Positions 62,456 through 64,000 of a stretch of DNA of 64,000 nt are shown piece by piece. This DNA is from Bacteroidota bacterium (lineage in GTDB: Bacteria; Bacteroidota; Bacteroidia; AKYH767-A; OLB10), in NCBI GenBank assembly GCA_016709725.1, contig JADJMG010000005.1, positions 387,544 to 451,543 on the forward strand, written 5' to 3'. The translations under genes were made by a program, and so were the position numbers. Within the stretch, counting starts at the first letter, position 1. Every line of letters starts with the position of its first letter. Below the pieces are notes generated by a model, which did no database searches, was not told the DNA's origin, and worked only from the letters and a program-made list of their open reading frames with translations.

Positions 62456-64000
62456 ATGTCTGTAGATACAAAAGAAATTGAGAAATTATTAGTAAAATCA
62501 TACAATGAAGGTTTCTCAAATTTAAATTTTAGCTATTTTGATTTAAGAGAAATTCCATTCTTTATTTTAGAACGCCCTTTATTATTAAATCAAAAGCGTA
62601 AAGATGGTTCAGATTCTGAAGAATATGAAAATTTGAATTTGGAGAAAGTACGAGAATTAAATTTATCTAATAACTATCTTACTCAAATAGACACAAAAAT
62701 ATCATGTTTTAAAGGACTTCAAACCTTAGATATTTCAAATAATAAACTAGAACAGCTTCCACGACAAATATGTGAACTTGGAAACTTAAAAGAAGTAATT
62801 GTCAATAACAATCCTCTAATTAATTTACCTCAAAAGTTTGCATCATTTCAAAAGCTTGAAATTCTTGATCTATCCAATACAGCGATTTATGAAATACCAA
62901 ACTATATTCAATATCTGTATAATTTAAAAGAACTAAATTTAGCTAATTGTAAATTAAGTGTACTACCTAAAAGAATTATACTACCTTCCAAATCTTAAGA
63001 TTCTTAACATTACAGGTAATCCACTCATTGACCCTCCTATTGAAATAGCCTCAAAGGGTATAGATTACGTAAAATATTATTATGACGAAATTGACTCTTC
63101 AATAGAAAAAGATTTCTTGTATGAAGTAAAACTTCTACTAATCGGTGAAGAAAGAGCAGGAAAATCAACCATTGCCGAATCACTATCAAATCCAAATTAT
63201 GAGTTTGATTTATACAAAAACAGCACACAAGGTATAGACATCAAAAAATGGACAATAAATCAAGATAAATTAAATATTGAAAAGGATTTTCAAGTCAATA
63301 TTTGGGACTTTGGTGGTCAGGAAATTTATCATGCAACCCATCAGTTTTTTTTTCACAAAACGTTCGTTGTATTTTCTAGTAACAGAGGCTCGAAAAGATT
63401 TAAGGCACGATGACTTATTTTATTGGTTGAATCTAATTGAGATTTTAGGAAACAATAGTCCCGTAACGATTTTAATAAATAAAAGCGACCAACCATATAC
63501 GTTCTTTGCAACAGATGCCTACCGAGAAAAATTTCCTAATATTTTAGGAACAAAAAACATTAGTTGCTTGCCCGAATACAAAAATACAATTGAAGAATTA
63601 AGAGAAGTAGTCTATTCAATATTGTCTAATAAAGATTTAATGCCTGATATTGGAGTTGAACTACCTAAGGTTTGGATAGATATTCGGAACGAATTAAATA
63701 GTATTAAAGATGCTGGAGTTTTTTATATTAAAACTAGTAGATACTTTTCAATTTGTAAAAAATTTGGAATGAATGAAGAAAGATCTCTTTTTTTAAGTGA
63801 CTACTTTCATGACCTTGGAGTATTTCTCCATTTCCAAAATGATTTAGTTTTAAAAGATACTGTTTTTTAAATTTTGAGTGGGTTACGAATGCGGTTTACT
63901 GCATACTCGATAATCCTAGAATAGTTTCTAATCATGGCTTCTTTAATGATACTGATTTAGAGATTATTTGGAAGAAAAACTATTATTTTGATAAAAGGTT
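62456..64000 (+). CDS. ROCO-type protein (LRR - Roc small GTPase - COR), fragmented by several frameshifts and running off the window
   Basis: LRRs (LxxLxLSNNxLxxLP, 62456-62998). Roc G1 KLLLIGEERAGKST, G3 IWDFGGQE (62958-63413) and G4 NKSD (63277-63870). COR-like sequence continues in another frame to 64000. Confidence 0.6.

Overview
This is a low-GC chromosomal window that looks Bacteroidetes-like: several T9SS C-terminal sorting-domain cargo proteins, a putative GldD, and Bacteroidetes-style gene order. Coordinates 1-56000 are mostly core or housekeeping genes. They include pgk, a cyclophilin, pheS, an S41 peptidase, an ECF sigma factor, a LitR/CarH-like B12/MerR light regulator with photolyase and riboflavin synthase, rlmN, radA, lnt, lpdA, lysC, ctaA, dsbD, ssb, mutY, HU and RNase G, plus a complete clade-II (Sec-type) nitrous-oxide reductase cluster (cyt c, nosZ, nosB-like/nosL, nosD, fasciclin, nosF, nosY). 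The most interesting part is the right end (about 56.0-64.0 kb). It is an accessory island inserted next to, or into, the 3' end of RNase G (rng) and is bounded by two ~330-360 bp diverged direct repeats, each of which re-encodes the last ~45 aa of RNase G. The island carries (i) an about 1000-aa NLR-like STAND/NACHT NTPase with an unusual N-terminal glycine-zipper/helical domain and C-terminal TPRs, (ii) an OLD-family (ABC-ATPase + TOPRIM) nuclease, and (iii) an LRR-Roc-COR (ROCO) GTPase running off the window. This is a candidate anti-phage defense island with a possibly new gene combination. There is an important caveat. Many genes, including essential ones (pheS, ssb, lnt, rng), are interrupted by +1/-1 frameshifts, and where I could localise the break it falls in an A/T homopolymer run, so the sequence very probably carries systematic homopolymer indel errors. 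The fragmentation of the defense genes therefore cannot be taken as genuine pseudogenisation. Other oddities are a ~375-bp tract that is essentially 100% G+C inside an AT-rich genome (probably an artefact), several families of GC-rich dispersed intergenic repeats and palindromes, a MITE-like element with terminal inverted repeats, and tandem repeats upstream of litR and ssb. No rRNA, tRNA or CRISPR array was recognised.
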